From positions 1-38,775 of the IMG/VR virus record IMGVR_UViG_3300048848_000233: a DNA stretch of 38,775 nt. One strand, written 5' to 3'. The notes under the pieces were generated by a model. It was not told the DNA's origin. It searched no databases and saw nothing but the letters and a program-made list of their open reading frames with translations. The translations under genes and the position numbers were made by a program. This DNA is from a virus (Duplodnaviria > Caudoviricetes). Every line of letters begins with the position of its first letter. Within the stretch, counting starts at the first letter, position 1. Positions 16,861 through 26,381 of this stretch are shown one piece after another.

Positions 16861-17355
16861 ATGTCCGGAACCGAGACAGAGACCACCGACGTCACCGCAA
16901 CGGAGACCGAGGACGCAACTACGCAGACTGAGACCAAGCCGACCGAGACGGTCGACTTCTGGAAGCAGAAGGCAAGGGAGCAGGAGTCCCGGGCGAAGTC
17001 CAACGCAGCAGCAGCCAAGAAGCTCGCTGAGCTGGAGGACGCACAGAAGACGGATGCCGAGAAGGCAGCCGATCGAATCGCAAAGGCAGAGGCCGAAGTT
17101 GCCACCGTCCCCGAGAAGGTGGCGCAGGCGCTCAAGGCACATCTGGTCGAGCTGCACAGCATCGACGCCGAGGACGCAGACCTCCTGCTGAACGCGAAGG
17201 ACCCCGAGACGCTGCTCAAGCAGGTCTCACGGCTCCTCGGTTCCACGACGGACAAGCGCAAGAAGTCCAATTCCGTTCCCCGTGAGGGAAATAACCCCAA
17301 CGCCGCGACAAGTGACATGCGCGAGTTCGCACGTCAGCTGTTCGGCAAAGACTGA
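16861..17355 (+). CDS. Scaffolding protein
   Basis: Acidic N-terminus, WKQKAREQESRAKSN coiled coil, directly before the capsid gene. Confidence 0.88.
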   Translation: MSGTETETTDVTATETEDATTQTETKPTETVDFWKQKAREQESRAKSNAAAAKKLAELEDAQKTDAEKAADRIAKAEAEVATVPEKVAQALKAHLVELHSIDAEDADLLLNAKDPETLLKQVSRLLGSTTDKRKKSNSVPREGNNPNAATSDMREFARQLFGKD

Positions 17356-17371
17356 CTAAGGAGTCAGAACC

Positions 17372-18280
17372 ATGGCTGCTTTCACTACTTCGGGCCTCAG
17401 CATCCCGAACCAGATCCTGGACCCGTGGCTGGGCAAGGTGAAGTACGGCTCCGCCGTCGCCACCCTGTCGGATTCGGTTCCCATGAAGTTCGGCCCGGGT
17501 CAGTGGATGACCTTCGACATCGGCGAGGCCGAGTACGTCGGTGAGGGTGCGAACAAGGGTGGCTCGACCATCACGCCGACCACCAAGACGGTGAAGCCGT
17601 TCAAGTTCCACAAGACCGTCCGCATGACCGAAGAGGTCCGCTGGGCAGAAGAGGATCACCAGCTGGAGGCAATCCAGCAGATCCTCAACCTGATCCAGCC
17701 TGCACTCTCGCGTGCACTGGACTTCGGTGTCTTCCACGGCATCAACCCCACTGGCGGTGCTGCTGTCTCGGCGATGACCGAGCACCTGAGCGACACCACC
17801 AATTCGGTGGAGGTCGCACCGAGCGCCAAGGCGTACTCGGTCGTGGACGCCGCTGACGCACTGGTCCTGGCCGACAGCTTCAACCCGAAGGACATGGCCC
17901 TCGACCCGGCCTTCGCGTCGGTCTTCGGAGCGCTGCGCAACAGCACTAGCGAGCAGAAGCTGTACCCCGATCTCTCCTACGCGACTGCTCCGGCAGGCCG
18001 TCTCGAGAACCACAACACCTCGGTGTCGAACACCGTTGGCGCTGTGGGTGTGGCGGCATCGGACACCGACGTCAAGGCCTTCGTCGGTGACTTCAGCGCG
18101 ATCCGCTGGGGCATCCAGCGGGCCATCGGCCTGGAGATGATCGAGTACGGCGATCCCGACGGCAACGGCGACCTGAAGCGCAACAACCAGGTCGCATTCC
18201 GCGCCGAGGTCGTCTACGGCTGGGGCATCGCCGATCTCAACGCCTTCGCCAAGATTGTCGACGTCTACGAAGGCAGCTAA
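17372..18280 (+). CDS. Major capsid protein (HK97 fold)
   Basis: AEYVGEG..K, GDFSAIRWG, DLKRNNQVAFRAEVVYGW; AAGGAG SD. Confidence 0.93.
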   Translation: MAAFTTSGLSIPNQILDPWLGKVKYGSAVATLSDSVPMKFGPGQWMTFDIGEAEYVGEGANKGGSTITPTTKTVKPFKFHKTVRMTEEVRWAEEDHQLEAIQQILNLIQPALSRALDFGVFHGINPTGGAAVSAMTEHLSDTTNSVEVAPSAKAYSVVDAADALVLADSFNPKDMALDPAFASVFGALRNSTSEQKLYPDLSYATAPAGRLENHNTSVSNTVGAVGVAASDTDVKAFVGDFSAIRWGIQRAIGLEMIEYGDPDGNGDLKRNNQVAFRAEVVYGWGIADLNAFAKIVDVYEGS

Positions 18281-18283
18281 CCC

Positions 18284-18439
18284 ATGCCTCGATACCGCAC
18301 TTCAGCCGGTGTCGTGGTCAACATCCCCGAGGAGAAGGCGGCACGAATCGATGGGCTCACCCCCGTCGAGGTGCCGTCTTCGCCCCGGCGACGTGCTCGC
18401 AAGACCAAGACGGCGACACCGAAGTCCGACGACGAGTAA
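18284..18439 (+). CDS. Small basic protein after the capsid gene (51 aa, not in track)
   Basis: MPRYRTSAGVVVNIPEEKA...; fills the gap. Confidence 0.65.
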   Translation: MPRYRTSAGVVVNIPEEKAARIDGLTPVEVPSSPRRRARKTKTATPKSDDE

Positions 18440-18451
18440 GGCGGTGGCCTG

Positions 18452-18925
18452 ATGCCTGCAGTGTCGATCAGCCCCGCTGATCTGGAGCCGTTCGCCACCA
18501 TCGACCAGGCCAAGGCCGAAGCGATGATCGAGGACGCTCTGGCGGTGGCCGAACAGGTCGCACCGTGCCTCTTCGAGGACGATCTGACCCCCAAGAAGGC
18601 CGCAGCCGCCAAGGCCGTCATCCGTCGAGCGCTCCTGCGCTGGAACGAGGCTGGCACTGGCGCAGCTCAATCCCTGACTGCACTGGCCTTCAGCCAGACG
18701 ATCGACACCCGGCAGCAGAACAGCCGAGGGCTCTTCTGGCCGTCGGAAGTGACCGAACTGCAGGACATCTGCAAGTCGGATACCGAGAACGCCAGTGCCT
18801 GGTCCTACGACACCGTTGGTACCAGCACCGTCCACGCTGACGTCTGCTCGCTGCGCTTCGGTACCCAGTTCTGTTCCTGCGGAGCCGACATCGCTGGCTA
18901 TCCGCTCTGGGAGGGACAGCCGTGA
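18452..18925 (+). CDS. Head-to-tail adaptor
   Basis: Synteny; MIEDALA.A..VAPC, LFWPSE..ELQ..C. Confidence 0.8.
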   Translation: MPAVSISPADLEPFATIDQAKAEAMIEDALAVAEQVAPCLFEDDLTPKKAAAAKAVIRRALLRWNEAGTGAAQSLTALAFSQTIDTRQQNSRGLFWPSEVTELQDICKSDTENASAWSYDTVGTSTVHADVCSLRFGTQFCSCGADIAGYPLWEGQP

Positions 18926-19260
18926 GCTTCCCGACGCCGCACACCGTAGGACACGCTGTGTTCGACGGTGTGGGCGAGGACGACCTGGGCAACGACGTCG
19001 ACGGCTGGGCAGACCCGGTGAACGTGAAGGTCATCGCATACCAACTGGCTCAGGCCGAGAACGTCAACGGCTACACCTCGCGAGTGGTCGCCGACATCGA
19101 CATGGCCGTCCCGGTGACTCTGGCTGTGTCGGTGCGAGATCGGTTCTTCCTCCCGGGCGAGGAGGACCCCTTCGAAGTGGCCGCTATCGAGGACGCCAAT
19201 CACGGCTTCCACGGCTGGAAGCCAGGCAGCGTCGTGAAGCTGAAGCGGGTCACCGGATGA
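18922..19260 (+). CDS. Head-to-tail stopper
   Basis: Synteny; DDLGND...W, PG.VVKLKRVTG. Confidence 0.8.
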   Translation: MSFPTPHTVGHAVFDGVGEDDLGNDVDGWADPVNVKVIAYQLAQAENVNGYTSRVVADIDMAVPVTLAVSVRDRFFLPGEEDPFEVAAIEDANHGFHGWKPGSVVKLKRVTG

Positions 19261-19526
19261 CCATCAAGTTCAACAAGAAGGCCTGGAATGCCCTCGTGAC
19301 GGACGTCATCGACAACGTGGCCGTTCCGAGGATGCAGCGAGTCGCTGACGCCTCCAATGCCACGCTCGAAGAGGGCGAGGGCTACATGGTGTCGACCGAG
19401 GGTGATGACCCGCTGGACAAGCGAAGCTACCGGGCGACCGTCATCACGACGACGCCGGAAGCCATGCGTTCCAACGCAAAGAACAACACCCTCGTCAAGA
19501 ACGCATACCTTGCAGGAGGCGACTGA
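19257..19526 (+). CDS. Neck/tail completion protein
   Basis: ATGA overlap; RATVIT...AMRSNAKNNTL. Confidence 0.75.
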   Translation: MTIKFNKKAWNALVTDVIDNVAVPRMQRVADASNATLEEGEGYMVSTEGDDPLDKRSYRATVITTTPEAMRSNAKNNTLVKNAYLAGGD

Positions 19527-19912
19527 TGTCCGCTCCTGCCAAGATCCCGTACGCCCCGAAGGTGGTACGGGCCTACCTGAAGTCGGTGCTGGACACCGAT
19601 GTTCGGGTCACCACAGAAGTCCCAGCTGACCGTCCGGCCAAGCTGGTGACCATCACCACCGCTCCTACCGGCGGTGGTACCAACCTGGTGCTCCAGTCCC
19701 GACGGCTGATCATCCAGGTTCATGCCGCCGATGAGGCAGTTGCTGGCGATCTGGCCGAAACGGTCTGCGCGCATCTGCGAGCGGCAAAGTATGTGCAGGG
19801 CAATGGTCTACGCAACGTGACCGTGGTCGGAACGCCAGCCCGATTCGATGACCCCGATGACTCGACGCCCCGGTTTCAGATGACCGCCGACGTCCTCCTC
19901 CGGGCCTCCTAG
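19526..19912 (+). CDS. Tail terminator
   Basis: Synteny; V.TEVP..RP, P..FDDPD...PRFQMT. Confidence 0.8.
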   Translation: MSAPAKIPYAPKVVRAYLKSVLDTDVRVTTEVPADRPAKLVTITTAPTGGGTNLVLQSRRLIIQVHAADEAVAGDLAETVCAHLRAAKYVQGNGLRNVTVVGTPARFDDPDDSTPRFQMTADVLLRAS

Positions 19913-19929
19913 AACCCCAATTCCGCACT

Positions 19930-19960
19930 GACCCTCGGCCATTGGCCCGGGGTCTCTTTG
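19930..19960 (+). terminator. Terminator-like hairpin before the major tail gene
   Basis: GACCC.CGGCCA/TGGCC.GGGGTC followed by TCTTT. Confidence 0.5.
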
Positions 19961-19985
19961 TGCACCCCTGACAAGGAGAATCAAC

Positions 19986-20576
19986 ATGGCTGCACCCGAC
20001 GTGAAGAACGTCTACGCTGCCGAGCCGCTGGCTGGCGGATCGCTTTTCGTGGCACCTCTGGAAACCACGGCTCCGACGGATGCCAGCACGGCTCTGAATG
20101 CCTCGTTCAACGGCCTCGGCTTCATCGGTGAGGAAGGCTTCACCGAGACGATCGAGCGCACCACCGAGGACAAGAAGTCCTTCGGCGGACTGACCGTCAA
20201 GACGCTGCAGACGGACTTCAACGTGACCTACCAGTTCACGATGTTGGACTCGCTCAGTGGTGACGTGCTCAAGGCCGTCTTCGGCGAAGAGAACGTCACG
20301 ATCACTCCGGCCAACGCTTCTCACGGCGTGCAGATCACCGTGAAGAAGAACGCCAACCGGCGCAAGAAGTACTCGTGGGTGATCGACACCCAGGACAGCG
20401 AGTTCGGTGCCCGGTACCGGACGTACATCCCGATCGGTCAGATCGTTACGCAGGAGCCGGTGGTCATCGTGCACACCGACACCATCTTCTACACCGTCGA
20501 GCTGAAGGCCTTCGCCGATGCCAGCGGTCAGTTCGCCTACACGCTGACCGACAACGGCCAGAAGACCGGCTCGTAA
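19986..20576 (+). CDS. Major tail protein
   Basis: AAGGAG SD; LGFIGEEG, SFGGLTV, VFGEENV. Confidence 0.9.
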   Translation: MAAPDVKNVYAAEPLAGGSLFVAPLETTAPTDASTALNASFNGLGFIGEEGFTETIERTTEDKKSFGGLTVKTLQTDFNVTYQFTMLDSLSGDVLKAVFGEENVTITPANASHGVQITVKKNANRRKKYSWVIDTQDSEFGARYRTYIPIGQIVTQEPVVIVHTDTIFYTVELKAFADASGQFAYTLTDNGQKTGS

Positions 20577-20583
20577 CCGAGAC

Positions 20584-20681
20584 GTCGCCGGGAGAGTTCG
20601 AACGGTTCCAGCCAGTGCCCACTCTCCCGGCGACACCCCGGGCCATGGCTGGACAACAACAAGAAGGGCACGGCTGGAATG
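20584..20681 (+). promoter_or_regulatory. Hairpin whose loop is complementary to the downstream translation-initiation region
   Basis: 14-bp stem 20584-20597/20621-20634; loop TTCCAGCC(A)GTGCCC is complementary to GGGCACGGCTGGAA at 20666-20679. Confidence 0.65.
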
Positions 20682-20987
20682 AGTTTCACCTACGACGTCG
20701 ACGCACCGAAGGCTGACGGCAAGGGCACCGAGAAGGTCACCCTGGAGCTGCCGGACCTCGGTCAGATCCCCAGCGGAATCGTCCGGCGCAACCGACGCAG
20801 CATCGAGGGCTTCATGTGGGACGCCTTCGAGTGGGGCCTGTCGCAGAAGCAGCTGGAGATCCTGGATCGGCTGCCTTCTGACAGTGTGGTCCCGATCTAC
20901 TTCGCCTGGCGTGACGCCAAGGACGCTGACGAGGACGAAGAGTCCGACGACGCAGCGACTTCCGGCAAGACCTCGGCCAAGGGCTAA
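20679..20987 (+). CDS. Tail assembly chaperone (G-like)
   Basis: Synteny; IPSGIVRRNR...LEILDRLP. Confidence 0.85.
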   Translation: MSFTYDVDAPKADGKGTEKVTLELPDLGQIPSGIVRRNRRSIEGFMWDAFEWGLSQKQLEILDRLPSDSVVPIYFAWRDAKDADEDEESDDAATSGKTSAKG

Positions 20988-21002
20988 GCCGAGAGCCTCT
21001 GC

Positions 21003-21689
21003 ATGTACAGGGCCGAAACGCCCTACGGCGTCGTGACATTGCCTCCGCTGGAGCTGATCAGTCTCGCCGTCATCAAGGCTGCGCAGGCAGCCGATCCACA
21101 AGAGCGGTTCTGGGTCCTGATCGAGTCGATCGCCGACACCGACACCATCGACATCCTCGATCAGCTTCCCGGCACCGAGATCGAGAAGCTCTATACACCA
21201 TGGGAAGCCGAGGCGGAAGTCACCCTCGGTGAGCTGTTCAACATCGCCACGATCCTCGGCAACGCCGGACATCGGGAGTCACTGGAAGCCGACCTGATCG
21301 ATAAGGGTCTCCGCCTGAGGCACTGTCCCTCAGCGGACTTCACCTGGCACGACCTCAAGGTCATCATCCAGCACCTGTCGGTGACGTCGAACCTGTTCCG
21401 GTCGATGCACCCCGACCATGCCGGTTGGACGCTCGAAGCGATGCTGCTGGCCGATCAGGTCGACTCCCTGCACTGGCTGCAGTGGTCCAAGACCAAGGAC
21501 GGCATCAAGGGCCGGAACAAGCCGAAGCGCGTTCCCCGGCCCGGGATTACGCAGCCGACCGACCGCAAGCAGATGCCTGGCAAGGCAGTCCCGCTGTCGG
21601 TGCTCAAGAAGCGGATGGCCGAGACCCATGGTGCCGAGGCCCCCGCAATTCGCAACAAGAAGCTCAAGCAGCTCTTCGGAGGGAGGTGA
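21003..21689 (+). CDS. Tail assembly chaperone, in-frame G-T fusion (GT-like)
   Basis: N-half resembles G (DILDQLP...W...VTLGE); C-half is typical of T (LEADLI..GLRL, TW.DL, LQWSKTKDG.KGRNKPK.VPRPG). Confidence 0.82.
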   Translation: MYRAETPYGVVTLPPLELISLAVIKAAQAADPQERFWVLIESIADTDTIDILDQLPGTEIEKLYTPWEAEAEVTLGELFNIATILGNAGHRESLEADLIDKGLRLRHCPSADFTWHDLKVIIQHLSVTSNLFRSMHPDHAGWTLEAMLLADQVDSLHWLQWSKTKDGIKGRNKPKRVPRPGITQPTDRKQMPGKAVPLSVLKKRMAETHGAEAPAIRNKKLKQLFGGR

Positions 21690-21692
21690 CCC

Positions 21693-24600
21693 GTGTCTTC
21701 GCCACTTGTTTCGCAGCACATCGAGGTGACGGTCAAGTACGCCAGTGCGCAGAAGCAGATCGCCAACGACCTGCTCGGACTGGACAAGATCGCCAAGCGA
21801 GCCGGTGACGACGCCGGGTCTGCCCTGAACCAGGCGCTGACCCGCGCTGCGCAGATCGACGCCACCGACGCCAAGAAGTCCTTCCTCGGCTTCGACAACG
21901 CCGCCAAGAGCACCGGCAAGAACGCTGGTGGAGAACTGGCCGAGGGCATCATCTCCGGAGCCCGGTCGGAGCTGAACAGCGGTGGCAAGAAGATGGTTTC
22001 CGGCCTCACCGACCAGTTCGAAGGTGCCGGACAGAAGGCCGGTAGTGGTCTCGTCGACGGACTGGGCTCCAAGGTGGCAATCCTTGGTCGTGCCGGTGGT
22101 CCGATCGGACTCGCTCTCGCTGCAACAGTCGGCCTCGGTGCCGTCGTCGGCGGCAAGCTCGCCCAGGAGCTGATGGGCGGACTGGAACGCGAGATGGCCT
22201 CTCGCAAGGTCCAGGTCCAGCTTGGCCTCGACGAGAAGGGTGCCGCCAACGTCTCCAAGGCCGTCACCGACGCCTACAAGAACAACTACGGCGAGTCGAT
22301 CGACGACCTCAACCAGACCGCTCAGGCCGTCATCAAGAACAACCTCGCCAACGCCACCGACCCCGCCGGACTGCAGAAGTACATCCAGCAGATCGACACG
22401 GTGGCCGCTGTCACTGGTGACGGTGCCGCCGAGTTGGCCCGCTCCGCCGACGTGCTCGTGAAGTCCGGTGTGGCCAAGGACATCAACCAGGCCCTGGACC
22501 TGATCACCGTCGGTAACCAGAAGGGCCTGAACGCTTCCGGCGACCTGCTCGACACCTTCACTGAGTACGGCGTGCAGTTCCAGAAGCTGGGTGTGGACGG
22601 TCCGCAGGCCCTCGGTCTGATCAACCAACTTATGGAAGGCGGAGCCCGCAGCACCGACCTCGCTGCAGATGCTCTGAAGGAGTTCTCGATCCGCTCGATC
22701 GACGGCTCCGAGTCGAGCATCGATGCCTACGAGTCGCTGAACCTCAACGCCGAACAGATGATGCAGACGATCGCCAAGGGTGGACCGGAAGCCAACAAGG
22801 CTTTCGACACGGTGGTCGACAGCCTCAACGCCATCCAGGACCCGGTGGAGCGCAACCGCATCGGTGTGCAGCTCTTCGGAACCCAGTGGGAAGACCTCGG
22901 CGAGGCTATGCGCAGCCTCGACCCCAGCGCTGCCACAGCCACCCTCGGCGAGGTCGAGGGAGCTACACAGCGGGCCTCCGATGTCCTCGGCGGCGGAGCG
23001 CTCTCCGGCTTCCAGTCGCTGGGCCGCACCATCGAGACACTGCGCTGGCAGTTCCAAGACTTCCTGGCCGAGGCCCTCGGCCCGACGGCCCAGAAGTTCA
23101 CCGACTGGGTGAACAACAACCAGGGCCAGATCATCGAGTTCTTCACCGGTCTGGCGTCGGCGACGCTGACCGGCGCGGATGCCTTCCTCGGCTTCTTCCA
23201 GATGACCATGGAATGGGGCGGTAAGTGGCAGGAGTTCCTGTCCAACACCGTCGGCGAGGTCATCAAGCAAATCGGTGGCTTCGCAAAGGCGACCGGCGAG
23301 CTGATGAAGTTCGTCCCGGGCATGCAGGACGAAGCCGAGGCCCTGATCAAACTCGGCGACGGCTCCCAGAGCCTGGTCGACGGTTGGCGCAACCAGTCCA
23401 AGGAGATGCAGGACTGGGCCGGAAAGATCGGCACGGCCCGCGAAGGCCTCCGTGGCGTCCGTGATGACGTCAACGCTGCCGGTTTGAACATGGCGGCTGC
23501 CGCCGACAACGCACAGCTCCTCAAGACCGGCCTGGAGACGCTGCCGGACAACAAGACGATCGTCCTGAAGGACAACACCCCGGAGGCCATCAAGCGGGTC
23601 GAGGACCTCGGCTACACCGTCGAGAAGCTGCCCGACGGCAAGCTGGCCATCAAGGTCGAGTACAAGGACCAGAACGGCAACCCGATCTCGCCGGACCAGC
23701 TGCTGAACTACAACAAGGCTGAGTTCGACAGCGCTGGTCAGGCGCAGCGGACTCGACGCGGATACGCCCGGGGCGGCAAGGTCACCGGCCCTGGCACCGG
23801 GACCTCCGACTCGATCCTGGCCTGGCTGTCCAACGGCGAAGGTGTCGTCAAGGCGCAGGCGATGAACAACGGCGGCGGAGCCATCGTGACGGCCCTCAAT
23901 GCCGGTTGGGTGCCGCCTGCCGACTTCCTGCACCGGATGATCCCCGGCTTCGCCGAGGGCCTGAACCCCGGAGCCGACTTCCTGCGCAGCCAGATCATGA
24001 AGCTCTGGCCGAAGATCGGCACCATCGGAGGCAGGCGCTCCGAGGACGGCTACGGAGAACACAGCTCCGGCAACGCCATCGACGTCATGATCCCGGGCTA
24101 CGACACCCCGGATGGCAAGGCCCTCGGTGACTCGGTGGCCTCGTGGGTCGTCGCCAACAAGGAGGCTCTGGGCCTCGACGGCATGATCTGGCGTCAGACC
24201 AGCTTCGGCTACGGCGGATCGTGGGCCGGTAAGGCCATGGGCGACCGTGGCTCTGACACCCAGAACCACATGGACCACCTCCACCTGATCCTGGGCAAGG
24301 GACGTGGAGCCGGTGCTCCGGCAGTCGATCTGCCGTCCAGCTCGCTCTCGCTGCCCAGCGGTGGATCTCTCTCACCCGGTGGCGGATACAGCTCCGGTGG
24401 TGGCGGCTCGAAGGCCAGCGCCAAGCAGCTCTCTGCACAGCAGGACCGGATCACCGACCTGGAGAACAAGCTCTCGACCTCGGAGCTGGCGCTGTCGGAG
24501 ACCGAGGCCAAGGGTGACGCCAGCGAGTCGTCGCTGAAGAGCAAGCGCGATGCCGTCGACAAGAACAAGCGCGAGCTGGAGCAGGCTCGCCAAGAGCTGG

Positions 24601-25238
24601 CCGATATGCAGAACGGGACAGGCGATTACGCCACCGACGGCACCGGCCCCGGCCTCGACACCAACAACCCCTATCTGAAGATCATGGAGGGGGTCAAAGA
24701 GATCCTCCCGGACTTCGGGCAGATGGCCGACATCGGCATCGGTGGCCTGAAAGAGACCCTCCTGCCTCCCGGCTTCGAGGACCCTCAGTCCTGGCCGGTG
24801 GTGCAGAGCTTGTCCGGTGTCATGGGCTTCATCGGAGGCCTGGTCGGCGGCATCCCCGGCATGGAGGGTGTCGGCAAGATCCTCGGCGGAGTCGGCAGCG
24901 CCATCGGCGGAGACGCCAGCGGTGCCACCAACAGCTTCATGTCGCTGCTCCCAGCACCGTTCGGAGACACCAACATCGGCAGCCCGACCATGCTGCCGGA
25001 GGACTTCCAGGCAGCCAATCACATCGGCTCCGGTGGGCTCCCCGGTCCCGGCAACCTCGCATCGGCCTTCACGCCAGATCCCGAGGCGGCTCAGGGCGGA
25101 ACCGTGAATAACGACAACAGCATTCACGTGGCCGAGGGCGGCCAGATCAACGAGAACGCGACTCAAATCATGGACAAGACCCAGCGCCAGCAGAACTCGC
25201 AGCAGATGCCGCACCTGGGTACTCGGAGGTTCGTCTGA
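21693..25238 (+). CDS. Tape measure protein with M15-like metallopeptidase motif
   Basis: 1181 aa, Ala/Gly-rich helical; GPGTGTSDSI motif; EHSSGNAID...HMDHLH. Confidence 0.93.
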   Translation: MSSPLVSQHIEVTVKYASAQKQIANDLLGLDKIAKRAGDDAGSALNQALTRAAQIDATDAKKSFLGFDNAAKSTGKNAGGELAEGIISGARSELNSGGKKMVSGLTDQFEGAGQKAGSGLVDGLGSKVAILGRAGGPIGLALAATVGLGAVVGGKLAQELMGGLEREMASRKVQVQLGLDEKGAANVSKAVTDAYKNNYGESIDDLNQTAQAVIKNNLANATDPAGLQKYIQQIDTVAAVTGDGAAELARSADVLVKSGVAKDINQALDLITVGNQKGLNASGDLLDTFTEYGVQFQKLGVDGPQALGLINQLMEGGARSTDLAADALKEFSIRSIDGSESSIDAYESLNLNAEQMMQTIAKGGPEANKAFDTVVDSLNAIQDPVERNRIGVQLFGTQWEDLGEAMRSLDPSAATATLGEVEGATQRASDVLGGGALSGFQSLGRTIETLRWQFQDFLAEALGPTAQKFTDWVNNNQGQIIEFFTGLASATLTGADAFLGFFQMTMEWGGKWQEFLSNTVGEVIKQIGGFAKATGELMKFVPGMQDEAEALIKLGDGSQSLVDGWRNQSKEMQDWAGKIGTAREGLRGVRDDVNAAGLNMAAAADNAQLLKTGLETLPDNKTIVLKDNTPEAIKRVEDLGYTVEKLPDGKLAIKVEYKDQNGNPISPDQLLNYNKAEFDSAGQAQRTRRGYARGGKVTGPGTGTSDSILAWLSNGEGVVKAQAMNNGGGAIVTALNAGWVPPADFLHRMIPGFAEGLNPGADFLRSQIMKLWPKIGTIGGRRSEDGYGEHSSGNAIDVMIPGYDTPDGKALGDSVASWVVANKEALGLDGMIWRQTSFGYGGSWAGKAMGDRGSDTQNHMDHLHLILGKGRGAGAPAVDLPSSSLSLPSGGSLSPGGGYSSGGGGSKASAKQLSAQQDRITDLENKLSTSELALSETEAKGDASESSLKSKRDAVDKNKRELEQARQELADMQNGTGDYATDGTGPGLDTNNPYLKIMEGVKEILPDFGQMADIGIGGLKETLLPPGFEDPQSWPVVQSLSGVMGFIGGLVGGIPGMEGVGKILGGVGSAIGGDASGATNSFMSLLPAPFGDTNIGSPTMLPEDFQAANHIGSGGLPGPGNLASAFTPDPEAAQGGTVNNDNSIHVAEGGQINENATQIMDKTQRQQNSQQMPHLGTRRFV

Positions 25239-26362
25239 TGTCTTCCCCGACTCCGACAACGGGTCCGCCCAACACCGACTTCTTCGCACTCGATCATCGT
25301 CTGCAGTCGCTGGACACGAAGATCGTCTTGCTCGGAATCCCGGGCTCCGGTGGACCGAACGGCAAGCGGGCCTACTGGGACCTGCACGGCCCCCAGGGCG
25401 GAATCCAGGGTGCGCAGCTGCAGCCTCAGGTGGCCGGTCTGATGCACAACCCGTTCACACAGCTGATCTCCGAGGGTCCGTACCAGGTCGGCGGCACCCA
25501 CGAACGGGTCGACTGGAACAAGCGTGACATCAGCATCAAGGTCAGCGTCGGTGTCGGCGAGATCGACACGATCTTCCGGTACCGAATGATCGAACAACGT
25601 TGGTGGGCTTCGTGGTCGGCCACCGAGGACTGCTACCTCGGAGTGTTCACCCGGACGCACGGCTGGCGCTGGCTCCGGGTCCGGCTGATGGAAGAGCCCA
25701 AGGGACAGATGTTGCTCGACCCGGCTGCCTTCGGCAACAACTTCCAGGACTACGACATGAACCTGGTTGCCGTCGACCCGTACTGGCGCAAACGCCACGA
25801 GATGGACACCTGGAAGAACGACGGCGAGGGTGACGGCGGAATCCCCTCTACGCCTTGGGACCAGCTCGAAGAGCTGATCGAGGACATCCTGTCGGGACTG
25901 TTCCCCGGCATCGACCGGATCGTCCCCGGCATGCACATCGGCGAGGGCAACCTGATCGTCCCCAACCGCAGCACGATCCCGGTCTTCCCGAAGTTCCTGG
26001 TGTCCAGCCCGGGTCGAGCATGGATCGAGGACGGCCCTGGGGGACAGATGATCCCGCTGCCGCTGCTGACTCCGCAGGACGGAATCGTCCTGGTCGACAC
26101 CGACCCGACGGCACGGACTTTGACGGCGACCAAGGACCCGGTGGACCCGCTGTTTTACCGGATCGCCCGCAACAGTCAGCTTCTCGACTTCCTCCTCGGC
26201 GACATCACCGATACCGGCCTGCCGGTCTGGCGTCGGTTCGAACGTCGCTTCACAACGCCGTGGCCCGCACGGAGCACCTGCCGCATCAAGGTCCGGCATT
26301 CCAACGCCGGAGGACAGATCACGGTCCTGATGCCGCAGAAGTTCGGAATGAGCTACGCATGA
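25238..26362 (+). CDS. Minor tail protein (distal tail, Dit-like)
   Basis: First gene after the tape measure; GWRWLRVRL.EEP. Confidence 0.85.
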   Translation: MSSPTPTTGPPNTDFFALDHRLQSLDTKIVLLGIPGSGGPNGKRAYWDLHGPQGGIQGAQLQPQVAGLMHNPFTQLISEGPYQVGGTHERVDWNKRDISIKVSVGVGEIDTIFRYRMIEQRWWASWSATEDCYLGVFTRTHGWRWLRVRLMEEPKGQMLLDPAAFGNNFQDYDMNLVAVDPYWRKRHEMDTWKNDGEGDGGIPSTPWDQLEELIEDILSGLFPGIDRIVPGMHIGEGNLIVPNRSTIPVFPKFLVSSPGRAWIEDGPGGQMIPLPLLTPQDGIVLVDTDPTARTLTATKDPVDPLFYRIARNSQLLDFLLGDITDTGLPVWRRFERRFTTPWPARSTCRIKVRHSNAGGQITVLMPQKFGMSYA

Positions 26363-26381
26363 CAAAGGACTCGATCGGCTA

